The notes beneath the pieces are model-generated. The model was given only the letters and a program-made list of their open reading frames with translations. It searched no databases and was not told where the DNA came from. Source: the human T2T-CHM13v2.0 reference genome, Homo sapiens. From it: DNA of 64,000 nt. Location of the stretch: the NCBI RefSeq assembly GCF_009914755.1, contig NC_060928.1. The stretch is one strand, 5' to 3'. A program made the translations under genes and the position numbers. Positions 45,560 through 60,290 of the stretch are shown one piece after another; the first letter of the stretch is position 1; every line of letters starts with the position of its first letter.

Positions 45560-46185
45560 TTATCAGTCAGGGTCTTATCGGGAGACAGAAACCAGACCCC
45601 TTATTTTAAGCTGCTCACTAGGTAACTGAAAGAGTATAAAGAGAGCTCTTAAGGTGTCAAGAAGATAACAACTGCAGGAAGCAGCTACTACCCCTAAGGC
45701 TGAGGAAGTAAAAAGGGAGAAGCTGCAATGATGAAAACTTAGAATGTAGAGGGTGGGCCCTATGGAGCTGGAGCTTGGGCCTCTGAAGAGTGGATGCCGC
45801 TTGCTAGTGCTGATGTCTCTGAGCTCAAAGGAGTCTGAGGCTCAGACTCTGAGAAGCCTGGTGTCCACATTTTGGAGGGCAGTGCAACCAAGCTGGTTCT
45901 GAAGTGTTTGGGAGAACTGTCACCTGGATTCTTCCACTGCAATGGGAAGGAACTGCCACTGCCAGAGTGAAGAAGCGGTGTTGGGTGACACTCACAGGAC
46001 TAGGACGCGGACAGGAAAGAGTAAGTCTCTGCTTCCTTCTTCAGCCTCACAGCCTACCTGTAGCCATTCTGTTGGCAGTGCCCGACATAGTTTCAGCTAG
46101 CAAAGCAGAAAGATGGTTTGCATCATAAAACAGAGTCGAGAAGGTAGACTTCGAACTGAATGACAGCTACTTGCTAACTAGCCCA
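45560..46185 (-). mobile_element. LTR41-like ERVL LTR
   Basis: Starts tatcagtcagggtc. Reverse complement contains gcaaaccatctttctgctttgctagctg...ctgccaacag typical of LTR41. Confidence 0.6.
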
Positions 46186-47119
46186 GGAGGCAAGATCAAA
46201 GAAAACATCATCGTAGGTATTGCATGATCATGTCTCTGATGACTCTATAGATTATAAATACTCTGGAATTGAGAAACTAGTTAATGGTTGTATGTAAGGC
46301 TCTTGCTACTGAACTTGGATATTCTTGGGGGCAGGGACTATGTTCTTTTCATGCCTCTGTCTCCAAAACCTTCCTGGTAGTAGAAAGATGCTCAGCAGGG
46401 GCCAGTTAAAGAAAGGAATAACTCTAATGCTATAAGCTGTTATAAGGCTGTATGTGTTTTGCTGCTGGAGTTTTGAGATCCAGTTCTGAACCCTAGGGGC
46501 TCTTCTATTCCTGACTCAGAAGTGTGGAGGATTAAAGGGACTGGTTACTCTTAGTGAGAGCAGACTAAAGTGGTCCTTACTAAGGGATGGCAGCGTTAGA
46601 GTCTGTCCCAAGGGAGGCTCTTCCAGCCCTGGCTGGAAGTGTTCAGGATTGCTTCTCTATGGTGCTGTTTGTCTATTGCATGATGTTTGGTCCTGCCTTC
46701 AATACCAGAACCACCTTCTTCCTCTCTGGCTCCTGTCCCTCCCTTGTGTCTCACTATTGTTAGGCCTTGGAACATGTGTGTTTGCCTGGAGTTGTGGACG
46801 CAAACACTCCCATAATCACAGCACATACTTAGAGATCTGGAATAGAGAAAGAGGCAAGAGTCTGGGCCCTTAAGCTCCTGGTAATTACCATGGGAGATGC
46901 ATGGATTCCTAGAAGCCCAGCATATCAGCTCTGTTAGAGCACTGGAAAGGGACTTAGAAGTCTACTGATTCAGCACCCTCATTTTACAGGTACAGAAACC
47001 GTAACTCAAAGGTAAAGAGTTACAGTTTGGGAATCACCTCTCTCAAACTCTACAGCTAGTAAGCCAGTCCAGAGTATTTTGCACAGTGTCCCATGGGTCC
47101 CTGCCCCTCTTTGCTGCAC

Positions 47120-47426
<307 letters not shown>

Positions 47427-48344
47427 TGAATTGAATACAAACATTTCAGTAGAACATACTTGATGTGAGGCACAGAACTTTTGCATATTGTTAGAATCCT
47501 GAGTTGAATTAAATTAAATATTTTATTTGGAAAACACTGGGGCATTCTGGATTAGTTTCACCTTAAAGGTTTTATGTAGTATAGTATAATAACATTTTGT
47601 TCTAAATATGATTGCTAAATGATGCATTCATATAAATATATAAACATGAATTCATAAAAAAAGAAATAAACATATATAAACATATATAATCTAAAGCCCT
47701 TGGAACCAGAGTTTTCTAGTTCATATTTCCAACTATAGGGAAATATTAAAGATAAAGTGGCTTACTAAAGGCTTTTCTATTCAACATGGATCAGCAACAA
47801 ATTGATACTTGGTGGTATTTCCACCGGTAGCCAGTTTGTTCCACTGTTTCATTCCATCCATTTAAATCAGTAATCCTTACAGCCACACTGCTCCTGGCAC
47901 TGAGACAAGCAGAAGCGACCAGCAAAGAGGAGGGGAAGGTCATCGGAAGTCTCTCAAGGCCCTGAGAACAGCTGGTCAGCATCATAACCTCCCCGCTCCT
48001 TCCCCCCTGTTACTCAGGTCCCTCCCCAGAACTCTCCTGACCTGGCCAAATTTAACTTTGAGTTAACCTTGCCATTGCAAGCACAGCGCCTTCTGTCCAG
48101 ATAAACCACACACAGTTTATGGAAAAGTCATGGAAAGGCAAGACTGAATGAGGAAATTTCTGTTTTTCTGGAAGGTTTTCTTGAGCCCTTTGCGAGAATT
48201 CATTTCCACTCTCCCTAGATGGGTATGATGGCGGGATAATGGACGCAGGAAACTTATCAAACATCATATATCAAAATCTATGCTTTATTCTATTGTTTGG
48301 ATGCCTCATGAACTTCTCTTCATTATTTTCATCATCACTCTTCC

Positions 48345-48830
48345 TTTAAAAAAAAAACTATTATGAAGAACTCTGACATGAACATCTGTGAATCTACCCT
48401 TTTCTTTATTAGGAAAGGTTCCCAGAAGTGAGACTTCTGAATCAACACATGTAAAGATTTCTAAGTCCCTCTCTCAATATTGCAAAATTTCTTTCCCAGA
48501 AGCGGGTTCTGTTATCACAGTTCCTCTTGTAGTGTATAAAAGTGTCAGTTTCACACATGCTTGCAGACCTGGACTATTTTCTTTTTTTATTTTAAAGAAC
48601 TGATTTGATGTTAAAAGAAAAAGCATATGATTGTTATTTTTCTTTATGTATGTGTTCGATCATTAATAAGGTTGAACATTTTAATTAAATATATGTTAGT
48701 CACAAGAGCAGAGACTATTTTGCTTATTGCTTGATCCCTAATGGTGCCTGATGCATAGGAGACACCCAATATTTTCTAAAATGAAATTTTAAATTATGGC
48801 CTTTCCTCATTTTTCCATTGGGAAATAATG
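48345..48830 (-). mobile_element. Old L1M fragment
   Basis: atgaacatctgtg, ttcccagaagtgaga, aataaggttgaacatttt. Boundaries approximate. Confidence 0.5.
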
Positions 48831-50761
48831 TTTTTAATGACAAGATATTTGAAAATAATAGGATTCTATGCTGGCAAGACTAAGAGGAGTTTATTAATCC
48901 GATTATGATAAGTAGCATACAAATTAAGCTTTCACATGAGTGAATTGGTTTACCTTCCTAATTTGGGGAGATTGATATAGTCTCAAGCACAAAATTGTGA
49001 AAAGAAGTCACTAAAATGAGTTTTTATTCTGGCTTGACCAAGAATTAACCATGTGATTTTGCATAAGTTCCGTATGTTTTCAGTGCCTCATCCACAAGGC
49101 AGAGTAATATAAAACAAAAGTCAATGGATTTGTCCTCTTTTATTTTACAAAACCACCTGGATGATATAAAGGAATAATTCAAGATAATAACTAAAGATAA
49201 AACATTTGAAATGCAAAATGTCATATGCAAATACAAGTGCAAAGTATTAGTATTTCGCTCGCAGAGTTCCTGTTACAGGGCTCATTTTCTTTAACTTGGT
49301 ATCTGGTATGTAATAAGTGTACGATACGTTACTTCCAAAGTTCTTGCTTTTACTCTGTGATTCTGAAATGCCCCATAGATTGAAAAATAAAGTGGTTATG
49401 AAAAGTAATTGCTGCTTCTATATTTGAATTAAAATTTGCTTACAAAGAATTAATTCAGAATAAAGCTTTCCTTCCGACTTTCCTCCCAAAGAAAGCTTTA
49501 ATATGATACACAGAACTGTTCATAATATTTAGTAGGAAAATAACCACTAAAATGAAAGAGGATAATCCAGGTAGTGAAATCCTGATTTGCTCAATGTTTA
49601 TTAGTGTACGTAGCTAATTTGAAACAATCCAAATTCTCAACTATAGAAATGGAAAAGCACATTACATTTATCTTAACGTGATAGAATGCTACTTAGGCAA
49701 TGATGGAAAATATATAGTCTATGTCATTATATGGAAATGTGCATAGAAAGTACTGGCATGCAAGAAATAGAACACAAAACAATGCACACACCCAGATTAC
49801 AGCCATATGAAAACATACGAATACATATTTTTAAAGATGGGAAAAGAATGAGGAAAACAAGATATGTGTGCTTATTAAGTCCTCACTTTCCCCAAATAAA
49901 ATTGCCCAGCTCTGTCACTTTTTTAAAGTCAAAAAATTCCCATGAGTTTCATGCATAGCTTGACAGTCTTATACTATAACATGATGGCTTCAAAATGTGC
50001 ATTGTTTCATAAATAAGCCAAAAGACTCTCTCCACAAAAGACACATCATCTGTTCGGGCTTGTCCATTGCTTGACTTTTCCTTGACTAAATAATGATTAA
50101 TAGGTTATATAAACAATGTGCCAGGTACCTGTATTTGTTTTTGGATGGAGAAATTATTTATAGTTGTGTAAAGACAGTATGGCTGTCTGCTATTTCTATG
50201 GGATTGTCTTCATCTCAAAAAGAAATAAAGAAGTTTTGTAAGAAGAAGAGAAAGTGTTTTTTAAAAAATCTGTGCAATTATCTCTGGAGTTGGCTTATGT
50301 AAAGTAAAAGAAGAGATAATATCTTCACAGGTAGCCTGAAAAAAGAGGAAAATAAGAGACTGAAAATGTAAGATGAATTTCTGAACTTTGTGGGAGGAAC
50401 CTTCACATAAACCACAAAGAGTTGGCTTTTGACTAAGTTCCCAAAAGAAAAAGTCAGTTTCCTGTTTGCTTGGGGTTATATTTTAAAGTCTTTTTTGGTC
50501 TTGGTTGGATAGTTGTTGAGAACATATGGAAAAAGTCTTGGCAATACCCCCGTCATCCCCAAAGAATTGCAAAGAACTATGCAAAAATGAAAATGGTGGA
50601 GAAATCATTTCAATCAACAAAGACTGCATTCCATTTGATACCAAAACTTTCTCTGGAGGTAATTTACAACCACAGTACTGGTAAAATAATGGATGCCGAG
50701 TAGCATTTTACAAAGTTTAGGACAGGAAGTAAAGACTCCTGAGATAATGCAACTGGAGAAA

Positions 50762-50832
50762 GTGTGCACGTGTGTGCACACGTGTGCACACACAGGCATG
50801 CAAACACATACACCATGCAAACACACACACAC
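50762..50832. repeat. Alternating purine-pyrimidine tract with 24-bp perfect palindrome
   Basis: gtgtgtgcacac|gtgtgcacacac at 50770-50793, followed by (CA)n. Confidence 0.9.
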
Positions 50833-51582
<750 letters not shown>

Positions 51583-51804
51583 CACACAAATATGCCAAAC
51601 TCTGTTATCTAAGATTAAATGTGACCAGGTAGTAATAGTGGTAGTGATGATAGAAATAACAGCCAAAATTTTTTTGAACACACTGAGTCAATAATTGCAT
51701 AATACTTTAAATGTATTATCGTATTTAATCCTAACAACATTAGATGCTTGGAAAAATAAGGTAAATTGTTTAAAATCCCCAGCTGGTAGGCACTATATCC
51801 AGAA

Positions 51805-52045
51805 TTTTTTTTGAGACAGGGTCTCACTCTATCACCCAGGCTGGACTGCAGTGATGTGATCTCAGCTCACTGCAACCTCCACTTCCTGGGCTCAAGCTAT
51901 CCTTCTGCCTCAGCCCCCCAAGTAGCTGGCATTATAGGTGTGAACCACCACGCCTGGCTAATTTTTGTATTTTTTGTAGAGATGGGGTTTCACCATGTTG
52001 CCCAGTCTGGTCTCAAACTCCTGAGCTCAAGCCATCCACTCACTT
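51805..52045 (-). mobile_element. AluJ, truncated, within a MIR relic
   Basis: Antisense Alu with ctgggctcaagc and ctgagctcaagc. Confidence 0.88.
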
Positions 52046-52830
52046 CAAATATCTTGGATTTAAACACAATTTTGTCCGATTTCCAGAGGCTGAGCACTTA
52101 ATTACTAAGATATACTACCTAACCTTGATGCTATGATAGACTTTGGTCAACCTGAATTTTTTTTTTAATCACATAACTCATGTGTTCATGCATCATTATC
52201 TATGGATTAGTAAATGAATACATGCTGTGAAATAATGAAATCGTTGTATGATTTTACATACAACAAATGTCTCATGATATGACCATCTAGTAGAGAGTTT
52301 TGGGAAGCAATCCATGTCAGTCCATGTCAGGATTTAGTCCTCAAGTAAGCTAAAGCTCTCTGAATTATGCATTATCTTTATCTTCACAGTTTCCTATGAT
52401 TGATAAAACTATAGATAAATTGATCAAGAATAAAAGAGCAAGGACACATATTGTGAATATCAGGAGCTAAAAAGGGAATACCAGTAGAGAGCCTATGGAC
52501 ATGAAAAGAATGAAAGGAATATTTCAGAGAAAATTTTGCAATATATTTGACAATGTAGAACAAAAACATTTTTTTGGAAATACAGCTTTCCCAAACTGAC
52601 ACATGATATAATAGAAAAATCTGAATAGCTTTATGTCAATTAAAAAAATTAAATTTTTATCTAAAATCTTTACAACAAGAAAACTCCAGGTCCAGATGTT
52701 TTGCTGGTGAATTCTATCAAATATTTAAGGAAGAAATAACACCAATTTTAAATAAACTCTTTTCAAAAACTTGTTTTATGAGACAAGCATACCCTAATAT
52801 CAAAACCTGATTTAAAAAACATGAGAAACA

Positions 52831-53175
52831 GGCTGGGTGGGGTGGCTCATGCCTGTGTCCCTACACGTTGGGAGGCCAAGGTGGGAAGATCACTTGAGCC
52901 CAGGAGTTTGGGACCAGCCCGAGCAACATGATAAAATCCCATCTCTACAAAAAAGTACAAAAATTAGCTGAGTGTGGTAGCATGCATCTGTAGTCCCAGC
53001 CACTTGGGGCGGCTGAGGTGGGAGGATTGCTTGAGCCCCAGGAGGTCTAGGCTACAGTAAGCTATGATCACACCACTTCACTTCACTCCAGACTGGGCAA
53101 CAAAGCAAGACCCTGTCTCCAAAAAAAAAAAAAAAACCCAGACAACAACAACAAAAACAAAACAAACAAAACTTC
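52831..53175 (+). mobile_element. AluJ with A/(CAA)n tail
   Basis: cacttgagcccaggagtt. TSD catgagaaaca. Confidence 0.9.
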
Positions 53176-53569
53176 CAAAAACCCCATGAGAAACAAAATT
53201 AAATTACTGACAAATATCCTTTGTAAACATTCTTAACACCATATTGACAAAGTTAATTCCATAACGTATAAAAAAGAATAATACATTAAGACCAAGTTGG
53301 GTTTGTCCTAGGAATGCAAGGTTGGTTTACCTTTTTAAAATCAATTTAATTCACCATATTAACAAAGTAAAGGAGAAAAGTCATCAATAGATGCAGAAAA
53401 ATCATTTAACAAAAGTCACACCAATTTATGTTAAAAAAACAAAACAAAACAAAAAACCTCTCAGAAAATAAGTAATAGATAAACAGATAAAGCCATCTAC
53501 AAAACAACCTACAAGTAGTTTCATGCCTACTAAAATCTTCCCCACTAAGATCAGCAAAAATGCAAGATA

Positions 53570-54957
53570 TTTTTTTTGAGCCTTGCTCTGTCGCCCAGGC
53601 TGGGGTGTGTGGGTGCATGGCATGATGCAGCCTCGGCTCACTGAAGCCTCTGTCTCCCAGCTTCAAGCAATTCTCATGCCTCAGCCTCCCAATTAGCTGG
53701 GATTATAGACGTGTGATATTGGAGGAACCAGCCCCCAGTATTTCAATGTAGGCTCTTTTCTGTTTTCCCTAAGTGTCAGCCAGTCTGAGAAATAAAGAGA
53801 AAGAGTACAAAGAGAGGAATTTTACAGCTGGGCCTCTGGGGATGACATCACATATTGGTAGGACCACGATGATGACCCCGAGCCGCAAAACCAGCAAGTT
53901 TTTATTAGGGATTTTAAAAGGGGAGGGGGTGTACGAACAGGGAGTAGGTCACAAGGATCACATGCTTCAAAGGGCAATAAAGATCACAAGGCAAAGGCAA
54001 AATTAGAATTACTGATGAGGGTCTATGTCCCACTGTGCACATATTGTCTTGATAAACATCTTAACAGGAAACAGGGTTTGAGAGCAGAGAACTGGTCTGA
54101 CTAGAATTTACCAGGCTGGAATTTCCCAATCCTAGTAAGCCTGAGGGTACTGCAGGACACCAGGGCATATTTCAGTCCTCATCTCAACCTCATAAGACAG
54201 ACACTCCCAGAGTGGCCATTTATAGACCTCCCCCCAGGAATGCATTCCTTCCCCAGGGTATCAATTATTAATATTCCTTGCTGGCAAAAGAATTCAGTGA
54301 TATCTCTCCTACTCACAAGTCCATTTAGAGGCTCTCTGCAAGAAGAAAAATATGACTCTATTCTTCCCGACCCCACAGGCAGTCAGACCTTATGGTTATC
54401 TTCCCTTGTTCCCTCAAAATCGCTGTTATTCTGTTCTTTTCAAGGTGCACTAATCTCATATTGTTCAAACACACATGTTTTACAATCAATTTATACAATA
54501 GTGGTCCTGAGGTGATGTACATTCTCAGCTTACAAAGATAACATGATTAAGAGGTTAAAGTAAAGACAGACATAAGAAATTATAAGAGTATTATTAGGGA
54601 AGTGATAAATGTCTATAAAATCTTCACGATTTATGTTCAGAGACTGCAGTAAAGACAGGTGTAAGAAATTATAAAAGTATTAATTTTGGGAACTGATAAA
54701 TGTCCATGAAATCTTCACAATTTATGTTCTTCTGCCTCAGCTCCAGCCAGTCCCTCCATTCGGGGTCCCTGACTTCCTGCAACAGTGTGAGCCACTGCAC
54801 CTAGCTAAGTTGTTTTTTTCTTTTCTTTTCTTTTTAAAGTAGAAATGGGGTTTTGCCATGTTGGCCAGGCTGGTCTCAAACTCCTGGCCTTAAGAGATCC
54901 TCCCGCCTCTGCCTCCCAAAGTGCTGGGAGTACAGGCATGAACCACTGTGCCCAGCT
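53570..54957 (-). mobile_element. Older Alu split by a MER11 insertion
   Basis: Alu halves 53570-53716 and 54785-54957 are collinear across the duplicated gtgtga. Confidence 0.85.
53717..54784 (-). mobile_element. MER11 (HERV-K11/HML-8) solo LTR
   Basis: About 1.07 kb. Reverse complement begins tgttgcaggaagtcagggaccccgaatggaggga. 6-bp TSD gtgtga typical of ERVK. Confidence 0.9.
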
Positions 54958-55954
54958 GATTGGTCTTAAAACTGAATCAACATAGTACTGGAGGTTGAAA
55001 CCAGTGCAATTTGGCAATGAAAAAAATAAAGTATATACGAATAAGAAAGGAAGAATTAAAAATTATTATATTTGCAGATTACTTGAATGTTCACAATTAA
55101 ATCCTCAGGAATCTACAAAATGACTACTAGAACTAACAGACAGATTTAGTTACAGGGATGGATTTAGTTTGTACCAGGATGCAAAAATCAATGTGGTTTC
55201 ATATATCAAAAGCAGATAAATGAAAATAAGTTTTAAAATTCTGTTTTCAATAGTTTCAAAAACATGTTCAAAAAAAGAGTTCAAGAACACTCAAGAATAA
55301 ATTTAGCAAAAGATACACATGATCTTCACTGAAATACTAAAACACTGCTGAGAATAATTAAAGATGTAAATAAATGGAGTGATGTATCACGTCGATGGAT
55401 TAGAAGATTCAATAATGTTAAGATACCAACTTTTCCTAAATTGCTCTAGTGATATAATTCAATTCAAATCATAATCCCACTTGGAGTTTTGCAAACATTG
55501 GCAAGCTATTTCTAAAATTTACATAGAAATTCCAAAGACCTACAATATTAAAAGAAATTTTGAAAAAGAACAAATTTAGAGAACTTTAATTACCTGATGT
55601 TAAGATGTTTTTTAAAACTGTGGTAATCAAGACAGGGTGGTACTGGGACAAATAAATTAGTGAAAAAGAATAGAGACCTCAGAAATGAACCAACACTTAT
55701 GTGGTCATTTGATTTTTTAAAAAGATGCTAAAACAACACAATGAGGAAAGAAAAATATTTTCAATAAATTATGTTTACAAAACTGAGCATGAGAAAGTTT
55801 TTAAACTTCTGCTCATTAAAGATATTTTTTAACTGAATAAAAATGACACATTCCAAGAAAAAATTTACAGTACATGCATATGACAAAACAATTCACCACA
55901 TGCATATGTACCCAAAATACATAAAGAGCTTTTTCAACTCAATAGTAAGACAAA

Positions 55955-56309
55955 CATTACTTCCTGAGCTCCGCCTCCTGTCAGATCAGCGATGGCATTA
56001 GATTCTCATAGGAGCACGAACCCTATAGTGAACTGCACATGTGAGGGATCTAGGTTGCATGCTCCTTATGAGAATCTAATGCCTGATGACCTGTCACTGT
56101 CTCCCATCACTCCCAGATGGGACCATCTAGTTGCAGGAAAACAAGCTCAAGTCTCCCACTGATTCTTCATTATGGTGAGTAATGTAATATGCAATGAATA
56201 ATTATTTCATTGCATATTACAATGATTCAAGGGCATTACATTTTTTGTGCACTTTATTTCTGTATAATGTAGAAACCAGTTCCTAGTGCCAAAAAGTTGG
56301 GGACCACTG
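55955..56309 (+). mobile_element. MER1A hAT-Charlie element, one end missing, internally rearranged
   Basis: tgagctccgcctcctgtcagatcagc, gcattagattctcat...atgagaatctaatgc, right end gccaaaaagttggggaccactg. Confidence 0.85.
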
Positions 56310-57183
56310 CTCTAGAGGACCAAGAGAAATGAAAGACTATGTCCACACACACAAAAACAAGCCCAACTTGTACCAGCAGCTTTGTTCACAATAGTCCCAA
56401 ACTGGAGATAATCTAACTGTCTATCAACAGGAAAATTGATAAACAAAGTTGGTATATTCATGCAAAGAAATACTACAATGTAATAAAAATGAAACAAACT
56501 ACAAATAGGCAATTATATGGATTAATCTCAAAAGCATTATGCTGAGTAAAAAAGCCTTACACAGAAACATATGTGCACTATGATTCTATTTATATGAAGT
56601 TCTAGAGTAGGTAAAACAAAACTATGGTGAAAAGAAATCCAAACAATGATTGCCTGGGATTGGGGAGTATAGGCAGGAATTGACTGGAAAGGGACAAGAT
56701 GTAATTTTCTGGAGTGATGGTAGTGTTCTTTATCTTGATAATTTATTCAGATACACAGGTACAGGCACTTGTCAAAACTAATCAAAGAAACACTTAACAT
56801 GTATGTTTATTTCAATATACATACGTCTTACAGAAAACAGCCATAAAGAACTGTAAATAAATATAGAATCTTAGCTAATTACATGTATGCTGAAGTATTT
56901 AGAACGATGTGCACTAGCATTTGCAACTTACTTTGAATTTTACCAAAATACTAAACTGGATTGATGAACAGTGAGAGGGATGAGTAGATGGATAGTTATG
57001 TGAATATATTAGATGGTTCTAATATAGTTATGTGAATATATTATATTAGTTAGAATATAGAGATGGGTGTGTAGGTATTTACTGTAAAACTCCTTCTCTG
57101 TATGTCTAAAGATTTTAATAATAAAACATTGAAGGGAAAAAGGGAAATTCTTCTTCCTTCTGCGTGGAACACACTAGCTATGA

Positions 57184-57573
<390 letters not shown>

Positions 57574-57903
57574 CGTACTTTTTACAAACAAACTTCAAAC
57601 AAAGATTTCTGCAAGCCAGTTATAAATTAGAAAAAATATCATTAACCTTCTCAAAAAATGATATTTTGTCCCTGGTAGGACAGATATTAAATGTTTCATG
57701 CCGTTAATGTGAAACTATTCATATTAGCAATATCTTTAGAAATTTTCCTTAGTTGGAACTCAGTAATTGTATGACTGGTTCTAATTAGAGCAGCTTGGTA
57801 CTTAAAACAATAAATCACAAAAATCAAGTCACGACTAAAGATATGACTTACCAAAATACCACTAGCGTTTGAGAACCTTAGGCACTGAAACAGTTTTAGT
57901 ATA

Positions 57904-58407
57904 CACTTGACCCTTCAACAACATCGGTTTGAACTGTGCAGGTCAACGTACGTGTGAATTTTTTTCAATAAATGTATTAAAAAATGGTATGGATATTTGT
58001 GACAATTTCAAAAAACTTGCAGAGTAACCACCACCCATGAGACAGCAAGACCAACCCCTCCTCTTTCTCCTCCTCAGCCTGCAGAGGATGAACACTTTAT
58101 GATGATCCACTTCCAGTTAATAAATAGTAAATATATTTTCTCTTCCTTATGATCTTAATAATATTTTCTTTTTTGGCTCACTTTATTAGAAGAACACAGT
58201 ATACAATGTGTACAGTCTACATGTAGGTTATATGTATGCAGTATACAATACACATACAAAATACAACTGTTTATGTTATCAGCAAGGCTTCTGGTCAACA
58301 GTAGGCTATTAGTAGTTAAGTTTTTGGGGAGTCAAAAGTTATATGTGGATTTTCGACTGTGTGGTGGGTTGGCTCCCCTAATCCCCTTATTGTTCAAGGA
58401 TCGACTG
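57904..58407 (+). mobile_element. Tigger2-derived (Tigger2a-like) non-autonomous DNA transposon
   Basis: TIRs cacttgacccttcaacaa / ttgttcaaggatcgactg, flanked by TA duplications. Confidence 0.85.
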
Positions 58408-60112
58408 TATAATGTGTGTATGTATTTAATTCTTTTATGAATTAGAAATAAATAAAACATTAACTTCCATGGTGAGATTAGATTTTTATAACTATGTAGC
58501 AAATTAACTGTTCATTGTGCCGCTGTAATTTTCAGAAGTGAGCTCTTAAATACTAAATAGCTCCAGGTTGTTTAAAAGCCATATATAATTCCCATACTCA
58601 CAAATGAAATCATATTATACTCACAAAATGAATATGCTTTAAGGTAAAAGGTGATGACAATTGCAAAGCACTTTACCAAATGGGAGACCTAAATTGTTAT
58701 TAATTAGAGTAAGTCATTGTTTGACACTTTCTTTATTCTGCTCCTTTTAGATCTTTAAATTTATTGCTTTCCAATTATACAATTTATAGGGGAGAGTGCA
58801 GCTCAGCTCTTCTGCTAAAACATTCAACGTGATTTGAAAGGCAGAGGAGAGACACGATGGACTAATAGGCCACTTTGTCTTTTAGCAAATGCAAGAACAG
58901 ATGAATACTGTGTGAAACTAATTGTATTTGAAAGGACTACCTATTGCAGAATGCTAAGTAGTTTTTTTATAACCTTTGCTCCCTTCTTTGTGATAGGCAA
59001 GACTATCAAAGAGACATCATAGCATCTTAATGCCTCCTGACATGTCTGATTCTTGTAAGAAAAATGCTAGCCATATCAACCCTGGGGATGAAAAGAATCT
59101 TTCCTTGAATTTCACCCATCTGTGTAATTTTTCACTGATTCTAACTAGGAAAAATGCCGTGCTGTTCATGGAAGATGTGTGGACTAAAAAGAAAAGGATC
59201 TGGGGAAATAGGCGAAAGAGTTTACAAATCAGATTTCCAAGGGATAGGGTAGGAGGCGAGGGAGATGGTCAGAGATGCAGCTTTGCTTGCCACCTCTCCA
59301 GCGTTGAAAATGCTTCTATGTGTCAGTGGCTTCAAATGGACTCCTGGCTCTGCTCCCGTGGCCTGGAGGAACCCTCTCCCAAGGCAATCTCCATAGATAC
59401 AGGTACTAGTGACAATTTAAGAGGATATTAACTACCCAGAACATCAATATTATATTTATATGTTATCAAATGATATGCCAACATGTTCTAAGCATATTCT
59501 GTGTATAAGTCATTACGGAGGACTGACAGATAGGGAGAGGCTCTATCTTTCTTCTGCATAAGGTAGAACCTCTTCCCCAAGGAGTTTATAAACTGAGAGT
59601 ATGGACAGAGAGCATATATATGTATAGTCTACATTCTGACAATTTGGGGACCTGAATACCTTACTGCCTGAAAATCTGAGATACAGAACAGAGAAATGAC
59701 TCATCACAGTAAGCAGTGTCAGGACAGCGTAAAATTGAACTGCTGTGGCCCTCTAGTTTATTAGATATTATTTTAATAGAACAATTAGCTCTATTGTTAC
59801 TCTATTGTCTTTAATGTAAAGCAAAGTATAAACTATCAGTTGATCCAAGGGGGAGTCACTGAGTGATAAAATGCTAGAACAGGAGGAAAAATAACTAAAA
59901 TATCACCTAGTATAGCAAGTTTTTTAGAAGTCGATGTAACTTCCAAGGGTTTCTCTGAAGTGAAGGAGAGAGGGAGAAAGAACAGGACCGTGGGACCTTC
60001 CCCTTTCACCCTGTTCTGCCCTTCAACTTCCACTATGACAGTTTGCTTATGATCTGTTTGTAGATTGTGGTTTTATCTATGGTTAGCTAATGTAAAAAGC
60101 ATGTCCTGCTGA

Positions 60113-60290
60113 ATAGAAAGAAGGAATGAATGGAAGAGGAAGGAAAAAGGAAGGAAGGATGGAAGGAAGGAAGGTAGAAAAGGAAAAAGGAAGAAAGGAA
60201 ATAAGGAAAGAAGACAGGAAGGGAGAAAGGGGGGAAGGAGAAAGAGAAGAAGGGAAGAAGGAAGGAAAGAAGGAAGAAAGAAAGGAAAAC
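60113..60290 (+). repeat. Polypurine (GGAA/GA)n tract
   Basis: About 175 bp almost entirely A/G. Confidence 0.9.

Larger units (their letters stand above)
52395..57130 (+). mobile_element. Old L1M (MC/MD/ME-like) ORF2-3'UTR, with nested insertions
   Basis: aaactccaggtccagatg...ggtgaattctatcaaatatttaagg, aatagatgcagaaaaatcattt, ggtaatcaagacagggtggtactgg, and 3'UTR motifs. Confidence 0.8.

Noticed and set aside
46055-46085. Position of the CTCF motif usually carried by LTR41
   Set aside because: The motif is degenerate here (ccaacagaatggcta on the minus strand) and lacks the G-rich core.
50090-50760. Unique A-rich stretch with short ORFs, a possible decayed pseudogene
   Set aside because: I could not recognise any protein family and stops occur in all frames. 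A tBLASTx search would be needed to revive it.
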